Below are positions 35,792-45,294 of a DNA stretch of 64,000 nt, piece after piece (positions within the stretch are counted from its first letter, which is position 1; every line of letters starts with the position of its first letter). Position numbers and translations under genes: made by a program. Source of the DNA: a virus; IMG/VR virus record IMGVR_UViG_3300045988_054550, positions 1 through 64,000 of that record. The stretch is one strand, 5' to 3'. The notes under the pieces were generated by a model. It saw only the letters and a program-made list of their open reading frames with translations. It made no database searches and was not told the DNA's origin.

Positions 35792-38700
35792 CTACCCTTC
35801 AAATATTCCGTAGCCATTACGATTTCTGAACTGCTGATTTTCTTCTTTCAGATATCCGATCAGATGTCCGTCTGCATAGATCGCCATGCCGTTCAGAGCG
35901 TTTTTGACCGCCTGTCCGATCATCTGGTTATTGTCAAACGTATTACTGCTGATTGCCATGACTTCTTTCCGAATGTCGTCAACAAAATCATCTGTATCAA
36001 CTGACATTCTGCTTTTTACTTCCTGATAGGTCGTGCTCTTTGTGATAATGTCTGCGGATGGCGTATTGATCTTTTGTACTTCTGCGCTTATGTCATTGAT
36101 AGTTGATTCGACTTTTGGAAGCATATTTTGCATACCAATTTGGAATCCCTCAACGGTGAATCCGCCGAGTTCCATCATCACCTGTGATGGGCTATGGATC
36201 TTTAAAGCACTTCGAAGCCTGTTTTCTATGTTGTGAGCAATTGCTTCTGCGTTTTTGTACAGATGTTGGTTAGCTGCAGCAATCATTCCGTTATTTAAAC
36301 CAATAATCGCATTCCATCCAATTGTATAGAGTCTTCTCATAGAGTTTAAAACTACGTCAACAACACCATTCATAGCTTTTGAGACATTCAGTTTCATTGT
36401 ACCATTTATGTATGATACAATCGCTTCTCCTGCCTGTTTCCATTTGGCAACCATAATATCGTGTTGAGTTGTAAAATGAGTTCTGACATTTGTGTCCATG
36501 AGAGTAAGCTCTGCTACCGTATCAAGACGCATCTGGTGTACTTTTTCTTTTACATCTTTTGCAACTTTTTCATAATTTTCAGTCGTGGTTCCGCTTACTT
36601 TTTTAGAATTAGATGTAGAACCTGAGCTGTCTTGATCTTTACCGGTGATTTTATTCCATAAGGATTTGATTTTTGAAGTTATTCCATCCAAAATTCCTGT
36701 TATGTTTTCTTTGAGATTAGTAAACACATCAAGAGCACCTTGCATAGCGCCGCTTACTCCGTCCTTCAAGCCCTCTATTAAATATCCGCCAATGTCAGCA
36801 AATACTGTAGATGGGGAATGAATGCCGAAAAGATTTTTTACATTACTGATAATTTTATCAACAACATTTTCTTTAAACCATCCTCCGATATCTTTAGCAG
36901 CATCTTTTACACCACCAAAGAGTCCGAGTATAATATTTTTCCCGATATCCCAAATACTACCAAGAATATTCTCGAAAGCTCCAACAATATCAGAAGCTAA
37001 ATTCACGAATCCCTCTCCGATTTCGCTAAAATCTAATGTAAGAAAACCATTTATGATTTTAAACACATCGGAAATTACGTCTATTCCGCTTTGTAAGATA
37101 CTAATTAATCCAGAGAATGCGTCACCTAAAATAGCTATGCCTGTTGATATAACAGTTCCGCCAACTGATACAGCCAATGTTTCAAAGAACGAAACTATTG
37201 ATTTTAACCCGCTGTTGGCATAGAAATTGTATAATTGACTTCCGAGATTAACAAACGCTTCGCCGAGCGGTGATATTGCAGTTTTGACTTTTTCAAAAGC
37301 TCCAACAATACTATCCTTGATTTTCTCAAATGCAATTCCAACAGTGTTCCTGAAAGACTCAGATGTATTCCAAAGATCAACAATCGAAGCTATAACGCCT
37401 GCTACAGCTGCTGCTATTCCTGCGGCGGCAACTCCTACTGGAACTGAAAGGCCTGTTAAAGATGATAAGGCACCTGCAAGCGAAGCGGATGCCGAAAAGA
37501 ACGCTTCGTAAACAATGCCACCTTCCTGAAATAATCCAATTGCTCCAGAAAAGGCATTTGCAACAGAACTTGTGATTTTGCTTGCTAATGTAGTAGAAGC
37601 AAATACAGAACCGATACTGGTAACAACAGGAAGTAATTTTGCGGCGATTCCAAATCCTATGACGGCTTCTACAAACTTACCGGCAGATGTTTCGCCAAGC
37701 CCTGACCATATTCCACCGAAAACGTCAAGTAACACCGTACCAAGTTTCTGTAGATTTGTCCCCCAGTCAATCTGGCTCAGGAACGTTCCAATATTTCTTC
37801 CAAATTCCTCCCAGTCTACTTTTCCTGAAATACTAATAAGCGCATCTAGCAAGTCTGAAATGAACGCATTTAATGACTGCCCGTTTTGTGTCCAATCAAA
37901 TGTAGCGATGAAAGTACTTATTCCATTGGAAATATTGTCAACAAGCTGTTGCCAGTCGAAACTTTGAGTCCATGCGAGAAGCGCTTGAAAAGCACCATTC
38001 AGCCCGGTGGATAATGTATCTGCAATATTCGAAAAAGAAATGGTGGAAAACATACCGTTCATAGCGTCTGCCACTGATTTTCCAATATCAGAATACGGGA
38101 GATTATCAACAAACCCTCTGAATATTTCCCATGTGAGCATGAATTTATTTCCTAGGAGTTGTCCTAGATTATTCCAATTTACCTCATCAATCAGTCCGCC
38201 GATACCTTCTGCAAATTTCTTCCCGAGGTTATACCAGTCTATCCCGGTAATCAACAGGTTTAGCGTATTGACTATGGTGTTGAACCCGGCTCCTATTGTT
38301 CTTCCAAACAAATTCCAGTCGATGTTATCCGCAAGGCTATTGAAAGTCTCTGTGAATGCTTCACAAAATTCTGTAATCTTCGGTCCGACTTTTTTCCAAT
38401 TGATTGCATCGTAGACCTTTTGTAAGCCAATATTTATCATATCAGCAATAGTTTTTCCAAGCCCTTTCCAATCCTGACTCAAAAATGCTTTACGGATTTT
38501 TTTTGCCCACTTATTGATCGGTGTTTCTTCGTCTGGAAGAGCACTATCAAGTTGATCTGAAATGTCACCAAGTCCCAAATCATCAAGACCAGAAGCGCCA
38601 TTCTTCCCTTTCTTATTGCTAAGACTCGCCGTATCATCTGACAGATTCTTTGTAAGCACGTTTAACTCATCAAATGGCATAAGTGAAAGAGAATCTTTTA

Positions 38701-40525
38701 ATTTCTTAGCAGATTTCGAAGCCTTATCAAGTCCACTGGAAATATCGTCACCAGAATCTTTTAATCCACTTAAATCCATGGAAGCATCGTCTAATCCAGC
38801 AAATTCATTCACGACCCCTTTGGCTGAACCTTTTATTTTCTTTCCACTTAAAACATACATGAAGTCACGGAATGACTCCGCCGCTTTTGTAAGTTTTGCA
38901 ATAAAGGCATTAAGGGCTTGGATAGCTGGAAGAATTGCTGATATCAAGCCTTGACCGATGACAGAGGAAAGAGATTGAAAATTTAATGTTAACAATCTCG
39001 TCTGATTAGCCCAGCTTCCAGAAGTTCTAGCGAAATCTCCTTGTTGATCTCCTGTAACTGACAAGAGGTAATTATATCTAAGCATGACCTTTTGTGCTTG
39101 TGTCATGGAATTGTATGAAGTTGTGATTCCTTGGGACAGGGCATACGCTTCCATGTTGGCTACTGAAAGGTTTATACCCAACTGTCTTAAAGGCATAACC
39201 TGACCTGAGATGCCGGCACGAATTTTGTAGAATGCAGTATCAATGTCAATGTTGTAAAAAGAAGCTAAATCGCCGGCTAATCCTGCAAGTGTTGTTGACA
39301 TTTCCGCGGCAGAATCTTGCGCTACGCCAGAAGATTTCAACATTGCCATCATAGTTCCTGTGTAATTCTTTGCAGCTAATTCAGATAATCCAAATTGCTT
39401 TGTGGCTACTGATGCAAATTCATAAGCTTTGTTAGCCATGCTTCCGAAAGCTACATCAACAATATTCTCAACTTCTGTGATGTCGGAACCGAGTTCCATA
39501 ATCCCTTTCCCGTTCATAGCCTGATTAAATTTGCTCATAGCCAAAGAAGCTGTTTTTAAGCCTAGAACAGTTTTTATAAATGAACCGACATTTGAAGTTG
39601 CTGACTCTAATCCATTACTACTACTTATAAGGTTTGAAAATCCTGAAATCAAGAAATTTATCCCGCTTTTGGCTTTATTCACACCATTACTAAGCAATGA
39701 AGAAATTCCTCTAATAATAGAAGAAAGCTTGCTAAATGAATTTGAAACTGTGTTTGTTGCAGTAGAAATTCTTCCGCCTGACGATGCCAGACGTGAAAGA
39801 GCTTCTGTCATTCTTATTATATTTTCACTTACTTCAGGAGCGTCTTTCATGGTTTCAAAGAAATCTTTTAATTCTTTGGCAAGAGTTCCGAGATTTCCAG
39901 CAGTCTGTCCGGCTTTATTTCCCGCATTTGCAAGTTGTGCTATTGATTGTGTGAACCTGTTAACGGATTCAGAAATTTCGCTTGCACTCGAAAGTGTTCT
40001 TGCTGCCTTTTTTAATTGGTGTGCAAGATTGCCTATTCCAGATGTAGTCTGGTCAATTTTTGTACCTGCATTCGCCAATCTTGCCAATGAAGAAACAAAT
40101 CGGTTCACATTGTTTGATACATCTGGAATACTGCTAAGACCAGATAATTCGGAAATCATGTTCTGAATCTTTCCAGACACATCACCTGTGGAGTTTAATG
40201 TTTCGTTCAGTCTGCGGATTGCATTTACGAATGAGTTTAATCCGTTGTTTCTCAAGTTCAGGCTACCGAGCCCACTCATAGACTGAACAAACTGTTGCAA
40301 TTGACTGTTTATCGTTGATAAATCAAGCCTGTCTAATTTAAGTGCTTGAACAGCAGAATTGACCGTGCCTACGGAAGCTGAAAAGTCTCTAAGATACTTG
40401 ATACTCTCAGACATACGGCTACTCAGACGATTCAGTTTATTGCATAAATCATCAATGGATTTACTTGCATTTGATACGTTACTGCTGACCTCTATCGCAA
40501 GGCTATCTATTGTGTTGTCAGGCAT
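35792..40525 (-). CDS. tail tape measure protein (1577 aa)
   Basis: Size, position, repetitive alpha-helical/TM-like segments; AAGGAGG RBS. Confidence 0.9.
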   Translation of the reverse strand: MPDNTIDSLAIEVSSNVSNASKSIDDLCNKLNRLSSRMSESIKYLRDFSASVGTVNSAVQALKLDRLDLSTINSQLQQFVQSMSGLGSLNLRNNGLNSFVNAIRRLNETLNSTGDVSGKIQNMISELSGLSSIPDVSNNVNRFVSSLARLANAGTKIDQTTSGIGNLAHQLKKAARTLSSASEISESVNRFTQSIAQLANAGNKAGQTAGNLGTLAKELKDFFETMKDAPEVSENIIRMTEALSRLASSGGRISTATNTVSNSFSKLSSIIRGISSLLSNGVNKAKSGINFLISGFSNLISSSNGLESATSNVGSFIKTVLGLKTASLAMSKFNQAMNGKGIMELGSDITEVENIVDVAFGSMANKAYEFASVATKQFGLSELAAKNYTGTMMAMLKSSGVAQDSAAEMSTTLAGLAGDLASFYNIDIDTAFYKIRAGISGQVMPLRQLGINLSVANMEAYALSQGITTSYNSMTQAQKVMLRYNYLLSVTGDQQGDFARTSGSWANQTRLLTLNFQSLSSVIGQGLISAILPAIQALNAFIAKLTKAAESFRDFMYVLSGKKIKGSAKGVVNEFAGLDDASMDLSGLKDSGDDISSGLDKASKSAKKLKDSLSLMPFDELNVLTKNLSDDTASLSNKKGKNGASGLDDLGLGDISDQLDSALPDEETPINKWAKKIRKAFLSQDWKGLGKTIADMINIGLQKVYDAINWKKVGPKITEFCEAFTETFNSLADNIDWNLFGRTIGAGFNTIVNTLNLLITGIDWYNLGKKFAEGIGGLIDEVNWNNLGQLLGNKFMLTWEIFRGFVDNLPYSDIGKSVADAMNGMFSTISFSNIADTLSTGLNGAFQALLAWTQSFDWQQLVDNISNGISTFIATFDWTQNGQSLNAFISDLLDALISISGKVDWEEFGRNIGTFLSQIDWGTNLQKLGTVLLDVFGGIWSGLGETSAGKFVEAVIGFGIAAKLLPVVTSIGSVFASTTLASKITSSVANAFSGAIGLFQEGGIVYEAFFSASASLAGALSSLTGLSVPVGVAAAGIAAAVAGVIASIVDLWNTSESFRNTVGIAFEKIKDSIVGAFEKVKTAISPLGEAFVNLGSQLYNFYANSGLKSIVSFFETLAVSVGGTVISTGIAILGDAFSGLISILQSGIDVISDVFKIINGFLTLDFSEIGEGFVNLASDIVGAFENILGSIWDIGKNIILGLFGGVKDAAKDIGGWFKENVVDKIISNVKNLFGIHSPSTVFADIGGYLIEGLKDGVSGAMQGALDVFTNLKENITGILDGITSKIKSLWNKITGKDQDSSGSTSNSKKVSGTTTENYEKVAKDVKEKVHQMRLDTVAELTLMDTNVRTHFTTQHDIMVAKWKQAGEAIVSYINGTMKLNVSKAMNGVVDVVLNSMRRLYTIGWNAIIGLNNGMIAAANQHLYKNAEAIAHNIENRLRSALKIHSPSQVMMELGGFTVEGFQIGMQNMLPKVESTINDISAEVQKINTPSADIITKSTTYQEVKSRMSVDTDDFVDDIRKEVMAISSNTFDNNQMIGQAVKNALNGMAIYADGHLIGYLKEENQQFRNRNGYGIFEG

Positions 40526-40571
40526 ATAAGCACCTCCTTTATTTCAAAAAAATAAAGGGCAAGCAAGACTA

Positions 40572-40952
40572 CTATTCATCCTGCTTGCCCTCTTTATTGC
40601 CTATTTCAGATATATTTGCATTTGCCTGCCTGATAAGAAGTTCGTAGTAACGTTCTTCTTGTCTTAGTTCTGCTTCTGATTTCTTTGGCGTATTTGGATT
40701 TTGTTTGACCCAATTATTTTGTTTTTCCTGCGTAATTGGTTTGCTCGGATAACTAACCTTTCTTGGAAATAATGCGCACGAAATACTCGTCTTGACATAC
40801 AATCCGGTCAGCCATGCCTGATAGTCCATGTTTATTAACTGCGACTGAATTTCTTCATTTTTTGAGATCCCATATTGTTCTATGCGGATTCTCAGGTCTT
40901 TCAGGGTACTTCTGAGAAATTCTTTTCTTGACATCCCAATACGCACAGCCAT
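40572..40952 (-). CDS. tail assembly chaperone, distal (T) segment
   Basis: Position. Open in the -1 frame relative to the upstream chaperone, from the A6G run onward. Confidence 0.6.
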   Translation of the reverse strand: MAVRIGMSRKEFLRSTLKDLRIRIEQYGISKNEEIQSQLINMDYQAWLTGLYVKTSISCALFPRKVSYPSKPITQEKQNNWVKQNPNTPKKSEAELRQEERYYELLIRQANANISEIGNKEGKQDE

Positions 40953-40972
40953 TGGGTATAATTCATCCCAGA

Positions 40973-41458
40973 TTATTTCGCTGTAGCTTTTTTCAAATGA
41001 TCTGTCGGCTTCTTCGGCGTTTTCTTCGCTTTCACAGAGTCCATCGCCGCATTCAAGTTGTCCATGAACGTTTCCAGACCTGTTAACTTGAAAAAACCAT
41101 CTTCCTCCATCTGTTCAATGCACATAGAAAACAGACCGTAGAAGTTTCCCTGCTCATCATCTTTATGCTCAGACATATACTGCGCTGCAAGTTTTTTGGC
41201 AGTATCTAAATCCGGGACAGTACCATCACCATCAGGATGATTGCCATGATATTGAAGTAATCCGGCATAAAACGCATTGAGTGCAGTATTCGGGATGCTA
41301 CTCATTCCAGAAACCATCTCCCTGAGACTTTTGTCCGTTCCGCCGCTTGCGGAAACTAACATATTCATCACAGATTTCACGCAATCATCAAACAGTGATG
41401 CTTCAATCCCATATTCAAGTTTGTAGTCTTTGCCGCCGATTTTTAAAACTTTATACAT
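40973..41458 (-). CDS. tail assembly chaperone (G-like, 161 aa)
   Basis: Lies between the major tail and TMP genes. A6G slippery run at 40987-40993 near its 3' end. Confidence 0.65.
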   Translation of the reverse strand: MYKVLKIGGKDYKLEYGIEASLFDDCVKSVMNMLVSASGGTDKSLREMVSGMSSIPNTALNAFYAGLLQYHGNHPDGDGTVPDLDTAKKLAAQYMSEHKDDEQGNFYGLFSMCIEQMEEDGFFKLTGLETFMDNLNAAMDSVKAKKTPKKPTDHLKKATAK

Positions 41459-41481
41459 ATTATTTGTCCTCCCAAATATGT

Positions 41482-41976
41482 TTAAATGCCGCTGTCAGTT
41501 GGAGTTATTGCGTCGCCCGGTCCGACATATTCATTGATAGTAAGAGACATTTCAACGGTTAACAGTCCGTTCTGATCTCTTGCTGGTTTAGGAATGATTG
41601 TCGGCGGCTCGATTTTGGTGAAGAACGCTTTCTTAAGAGACGGGAAGTATTCTTCATACCACATAGATTTTCCATCTGCTTTTGCTGTTTTGTATTCGCT
41701 GATTAAGGTTTCCCATTCAGCGATAGTTTCATCAGTTACGTTCACAGTTACGTTGAATGTGCCACCTGTAGAACCACGTCCTGCAATAGTTCTTTCGACT
41801 TCATCTTCAAGTGCGGAAGCATCGATTGTTTCTACATCAATTTTAATTTCATCAGAAGCATTGATTCTGTGAAGAAGTTTAAAAACTGTCGGTTTAGTAC
41901 CTGCTGTTGTTTCAACTGCATATCCGGTAAGCGAACCAACGGTACTTACGCCTGCTATATTTCCTTTATCTGCCAT
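41482..41976 (-). CDS. major tail protein (164 aa)
   Basis: Position and size; recalled phi13-type major tail pattern. Confidence 0.65.
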   Translation of the reverse strand: MADKGNIAGVSTVGSLTGYAVETTAGTKPTVFKLLHRINASDEIKIDVETIDASALEDEVERTIAGRGSTGGTFNVTVNVTDETIAEWETLISEYKTAKADGKSMWYEEYFPSLKKAFFTKIEPPTIIPKPARDQNGLLTVEMSLTINEYVGPGDAITPTDSGI

Positions 41977-42081
41977 ATTCGGCTCCTTTCTGCTTTTCAG
42001 CTATAAAATCACAATAAAAAAGAGCCATGTGGCTCTGATGCGTAACCCTGCATCCGGGAGATAAAAGGATCACCGTCCTTT

Positions 42082-42294
42082 CTATTCATCTGTGCCTGTT
42101 TTCAGTTCTGGAAGCCCTGCTACAGATGTAAGCAAGGATAAAACGCCGGAAAGAACGGACGCGGATACGACCATCTTCCAGTCAACGCTTCCAAGAACTG
42201 TCGCGGTTCCGATTGTTGCAACAGCTGTCTGAGCAATTGTCTTAACAGCTCTGATTCCCGCAGCTTTCAGCCAATGTAATTTATCTTTACTCAT
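42082..42294 (-). CDS. holin-like membrane protein (70 aa, LL-H-type pattern)
   Basis: ..AGIRAVKTIAQTAVATIG..VDWKMVVSASVLSGVLSLLTSVAGLPE.. Two hydrophobic helices and a charged C-terminus. Confidence 0.55.
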   Translation of the reverse strand: MSKDKLHWLKAAGIRAVKTIAQTAVATIGTATVLGSVDWKMVVSASVLSGVLSLLTSVAGLPELKTGTDE

Positions 42295-42334
42295 AGGAAC
42301 TCTCCTTTCTTTTTGGTATAAAAAATAGAAGCTG

Positions 42335-42742
42335 TTACGCTTCCAATAATTGCCCGGTGTAAATTCTGCTGTACCGGCTTATGATTCGTTTAAAACTTTT
42401 TTCAGAGTTTGCAACTTCTTCTGGCCCGTATGTTCTTCGGAATCCCATAGAAATCATGGCTTCATGACTCTTACTGTCGATTTCGTACGCTGTTGACAAG
42501 GCTTTTACACCTGATGCGTAGCTCTCAGTTTGAAACGAAAGCACAGTCGCGCATTCACTTCCATCAAGGCTAGATGATTGTGTTGGATTTCCCATCAAAA
42601 ACAACCGGGCATATTTCTTTTTGTCTGTCGCTATTGTCTGGCTTTTTTCCATGGAGTAATTGCCTTTGCCGACAAATGCTCCAACAATCTTGCTCCAACG
42701 TAAAAGTGCTTCCTCTACTGGAGGATAGATAACAGTCGGCAT
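42335..42742 (-). CDS. putative tail completion/neck protein (135 aa)
   Basis: Position; start trimmed to the ATG after AAGGAGG. Confidence 0.45.
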   Translation of the reverse strand: MPTVIYPPVEEALLRWSKIVGAFVGKGNYSMEKSQTIATDKKKYARLFLMGNPTQSSSLDGSECATVLSFQTESYASGVKALSTAYEIDSKSHEAMISMGFRRTYGPEEVANSEKSFKRIISRYSRIYTGQLLEA

Positions 42743-42845
42743 AGGGCACCTCCTTTTGAGCATGAAAAAAGCACCCACCGCTCAGGTAGATGCTTTTATA
42801 TGTTACAGTATATCATTTTTCGATGTATGTTTTTGTATGGGATTT

Positions 42846-43364
42846 TTATGAAGAAAATACTTCTTTTGCAATTTTCCTAATGTTCTGCATAATCTTCATG
42901 ATTGCCTTATATACCGGCATGGTAGCTTCGGTACCATAAGAGCGTACCCACTCGCCAGAATCGGCATAATAAACCCACGATTCATTCTTGCCATTCCCTT
43001 GCCCGTATGAACCGATTGTGTAACCAAAATCTTGCCCCTTGGGATGCGGACTGGTTCCTGCCGGAGTGTTGTAGTGAATACCCGACCCAAATTCAATGAA
43101 CAAAAGGTCAGAGCCTTCACACACAAGCGTCGCCTGAGAATAGCCGCCAAAGTTATTGATTCTGATATAGGTGTTATGGTTTTTGTCAGAATCACCTTGT
43201 GCCAATGCTATGTTTTCATCTATGACCGGGATTCCAAGTTCTGCTAGCCTGCGGACAAATTCCTCATTTTTACTCACAAGCGACTTCTGGTACGCTCTGA
43301 GCTGCTTTATTGTGTCCTGTATAGATTTATGCGACAATTCCATTTTAATGCTCTTATTCGCCAT
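42846..43364 (-). CDS. putative neck protein (HK97 gp10-like position)
   Basis: Position only. Confidence 0.4.
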   Translation of the reverse strand: MANKSIKMELSHKSIQDTIKQLRAYQKSLVSKNEEFVRRLAELGIPVIDENIALAQGDSDKNHNTYIRINNFGGYSQATLVCEGSDLLFIEFGSGIHYNTPAGTSPHPKGQDFGYTIGSYGQGNGKNESWVYYADSGEWVRSYGTEATMPVYKAIMKIMQNIRKIAKEVFSS

Positions 43365-43728
43365 CTGAGCCATCTCCTATATACTTGATGCCATATCGTG
43401 CCACATTTCCTTTCTGAGTATCAAGAATCTTTTTTAGACGATAGTCTGGCGGGACTGTAGGCTCTCCAGATTCGTTCAATTCCGGTTTGCAGTCTATCCA
43501 GAATACATCTGCAATCTGTGGTTTAAAGCTACGGTCAAAATTCGTGATGTACCTATCGTAATCAGGGACGTACCCGGCAGATAATTCTTCCGGCGTTCCG
43601 GCTGTTGCTGACACGGATAGGCAATGCAGTTCTGGATTCTGATATTTCTTGATTGTGTCTATTCCGTCAAGTTCTTCTGTCACCCTAGACCAGTATATTG
43701 TTTGTTTTTGACGTTTTAGTCCTCTCAT
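43354..43728 (-). CDS. putative head closure protein
   Basis: Position; AAGGAG RBS. Confidence 0.4.
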   Translation of the reverse strand: MRGLKRQKQTIYWSRVTEELDGIDTIKKYQNPELHCLSVSATAGTPEELSAGYVPDYDRYITNFDRSFKPQIADVFWIDCKPELNESGEPTVPPDYRLKKILDTQKGNVARYGIKYIGDGSDGE

Positions 43729-43935
43729 ATAGTTCTCCTTAAATAACATATTTATGATGATTGTATCTGACCGATTCTTGATTAACCTTTGCGCTGTTCC
43801 TTATAAATAGGTAGAGGTTTTACGAAAGTTTTCCATTTTTTAATGAATTAAATGGGAATAAATGCTTTAGCAATAATTTTGAATTTGTTATAAGTCCCTG
43901 TTTCGACATGTGCAAGAAATACTTTTGATGCCTTA

Positions 43936-45006
43936 CTATTTAATCGGAATAATTACAGTCCCATATAAAAATGGATATGGACAGTATATATCAATATTGC
44001 CATCTACCTTAATTTGAATATTTCCAATATTAGTATTACCGTCTTTAACTAAGGCGCTTCTGTATGCACCAATAGAATCCTTCAATATATATATATCCGG
44101 TAGTTGGGCAATGTTTGTTTGAGCAATTTGCGAATCTTTAGCATTTCCATTGAATTTGCAGTACAATAGTTTGCCAACAGCAAAAGTAGCTAAAACACCA
44201 TATTCACCGCAGGTGATATATCTGATATTATCAATTTTTACTTTACTATTTAATTCATTAATCGCTCCCAGAATTGTTTTGTCGTTCGTCTGAAGCTTTG
44301 CAAACACTTTATCAGCGATTTTATTAAGGACAAAGTCTGACAGCTTGCTCAGCACACCCCTTTTCATTCCTGTACCATCATTAATCAGAAACGCATCAGA
44401 ATCAGCTAATGTACCTCTGTCGGTGTAATTCGCAGATTCCAGATTTTCCGTTTTGGTTTTCAAGGATGTTATGATCTCGGAATCCTCTCTCAAGTATGGT
44501 GCCATATCAATAGCCGGTCCAAGAGTGTCCCATATTTCTCCCGTCCATGCTACATTCATGCCTGCCTCTCCATAAATAGATTTTTCAGATATATTATACA
44601 TCCATCCAATCTTAGGAGATAACGGGAGCTGTGAAATATTTGATACGGAACCTTTGTATAAAAGTGGTGTTGCAATTCCCTCTACGTCTTCTGATACCTG
44701 CTGGATTTTTCCGTTAAGAACACCATATACTTCAATCGGTGTTACTTTGCTTTGTTCGATCTTATCAGGTTTATACCACAATTTCTTACTCTCATCAAAT
44801 TTGTAATACTCTCCTGTATCGGTCATAAAACATGATGAATTGTTAGCAACGTACAGAGGGAGTTTGTCTGAATCTTTCGCAAGTCCTTCATAATGACGTT
44901 TACCACCATCTTTGAAAACTCGGTGAATACTGCCAAGTTGCGGAAGCTGTTCGCCTGGCTTGTATTCTACATCATCAATGATTACTGTATTTTGTGCAAC
45001 TGCCAT
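43936..45006 (-). CDS. fibre-like protein 2 (fused N-domain + shared motif + short C-terminal domain)
   Basis: The N-terminal 80 aa are homologous to ORF 47042-47284. The central motif YGEAGMNVAW.G..WD..G..IDM is shared with 45295-47028. Confidence 0.6.
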   Translation of the reverse strand: MAVAQNTVIIDDVEYKPGEQLPQLGSIHRVFKDGGKRHYEGLAKDSDKLPLYVANNSSCFMTDTGEYYKFDESKKLWYKPDKIEQSKVTPIEVYGVLNGKIQQVSEDVEGIATPLLYKGSVSNISQLPLSPKIGWMYNISEKSIYGEAGMNVAWTGEIWDTLGPAIDMAPYLREDSEIITSLKTKTENLESANYTDRGTLADSDAFLINDGTGMKRGVLSKLSDFVLNKIADKVFAKLQTNDKTILGAINELNSKVKIDNIRYITCGEYGVLATFAVGKLLYCKFNGNAKDSQIAQTNIAQLPDIYILKDSIGAYRSALVKDGNTNIGNIQIKVDGNIDIYCPYPFLYGTVIIPIK

Positions 45007-45127
45007 AATAGTTCTCCTTTCACTTATCAATTCAAAATATAATCTTTTTCTTCCTTTGTAAGAATTGAGAGATTTTCTATCTTTTCTTTTGTAATTTTGC
45101 GAATTGCTTAACTAAAGCACAATTTAG

Positions 45128-45292
45128 TTAATTAGTTTCCACTTTCGGTTCTTCTTCCTTATTAACATCCATCAGCTCATTATACTGTTCCTCAGTAATT
45201 CTGCCCGTTGCGAAGAAAATATCAATCTTATTTTTCAAATCATCTGTCAGACCGTTTTTCTCTTTAAGTTTTAGTAATGTTCTATATAACAT
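45128..45292 (-). CDS. XkdX-like small protein (54 aa)
   Basis: Hand-translated ..FFATGRITEEQYNELM..; typical position after a fibre gene. Confidence 0.45.
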   Translation of the reverse strand: MLYRTLLKLKEKNGLTDDLKNKIDIFFATGRITEEQYNELMDVNKEEEPKVETN

Positions 45293-45294
45293 AA

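Noticed and set aside
36033-40166. Plus-strand ORFs of 60-211 aa inside the tape measure gene, and similar antisense ORFs inside the portal, TerL, ATPase and tail genes
   Set aside because: They lie wholly within long, well-supported minus-strand genes, lack RBSs and have low-complexity S/F/L/I-rich translations typical of antisense shadow frames.
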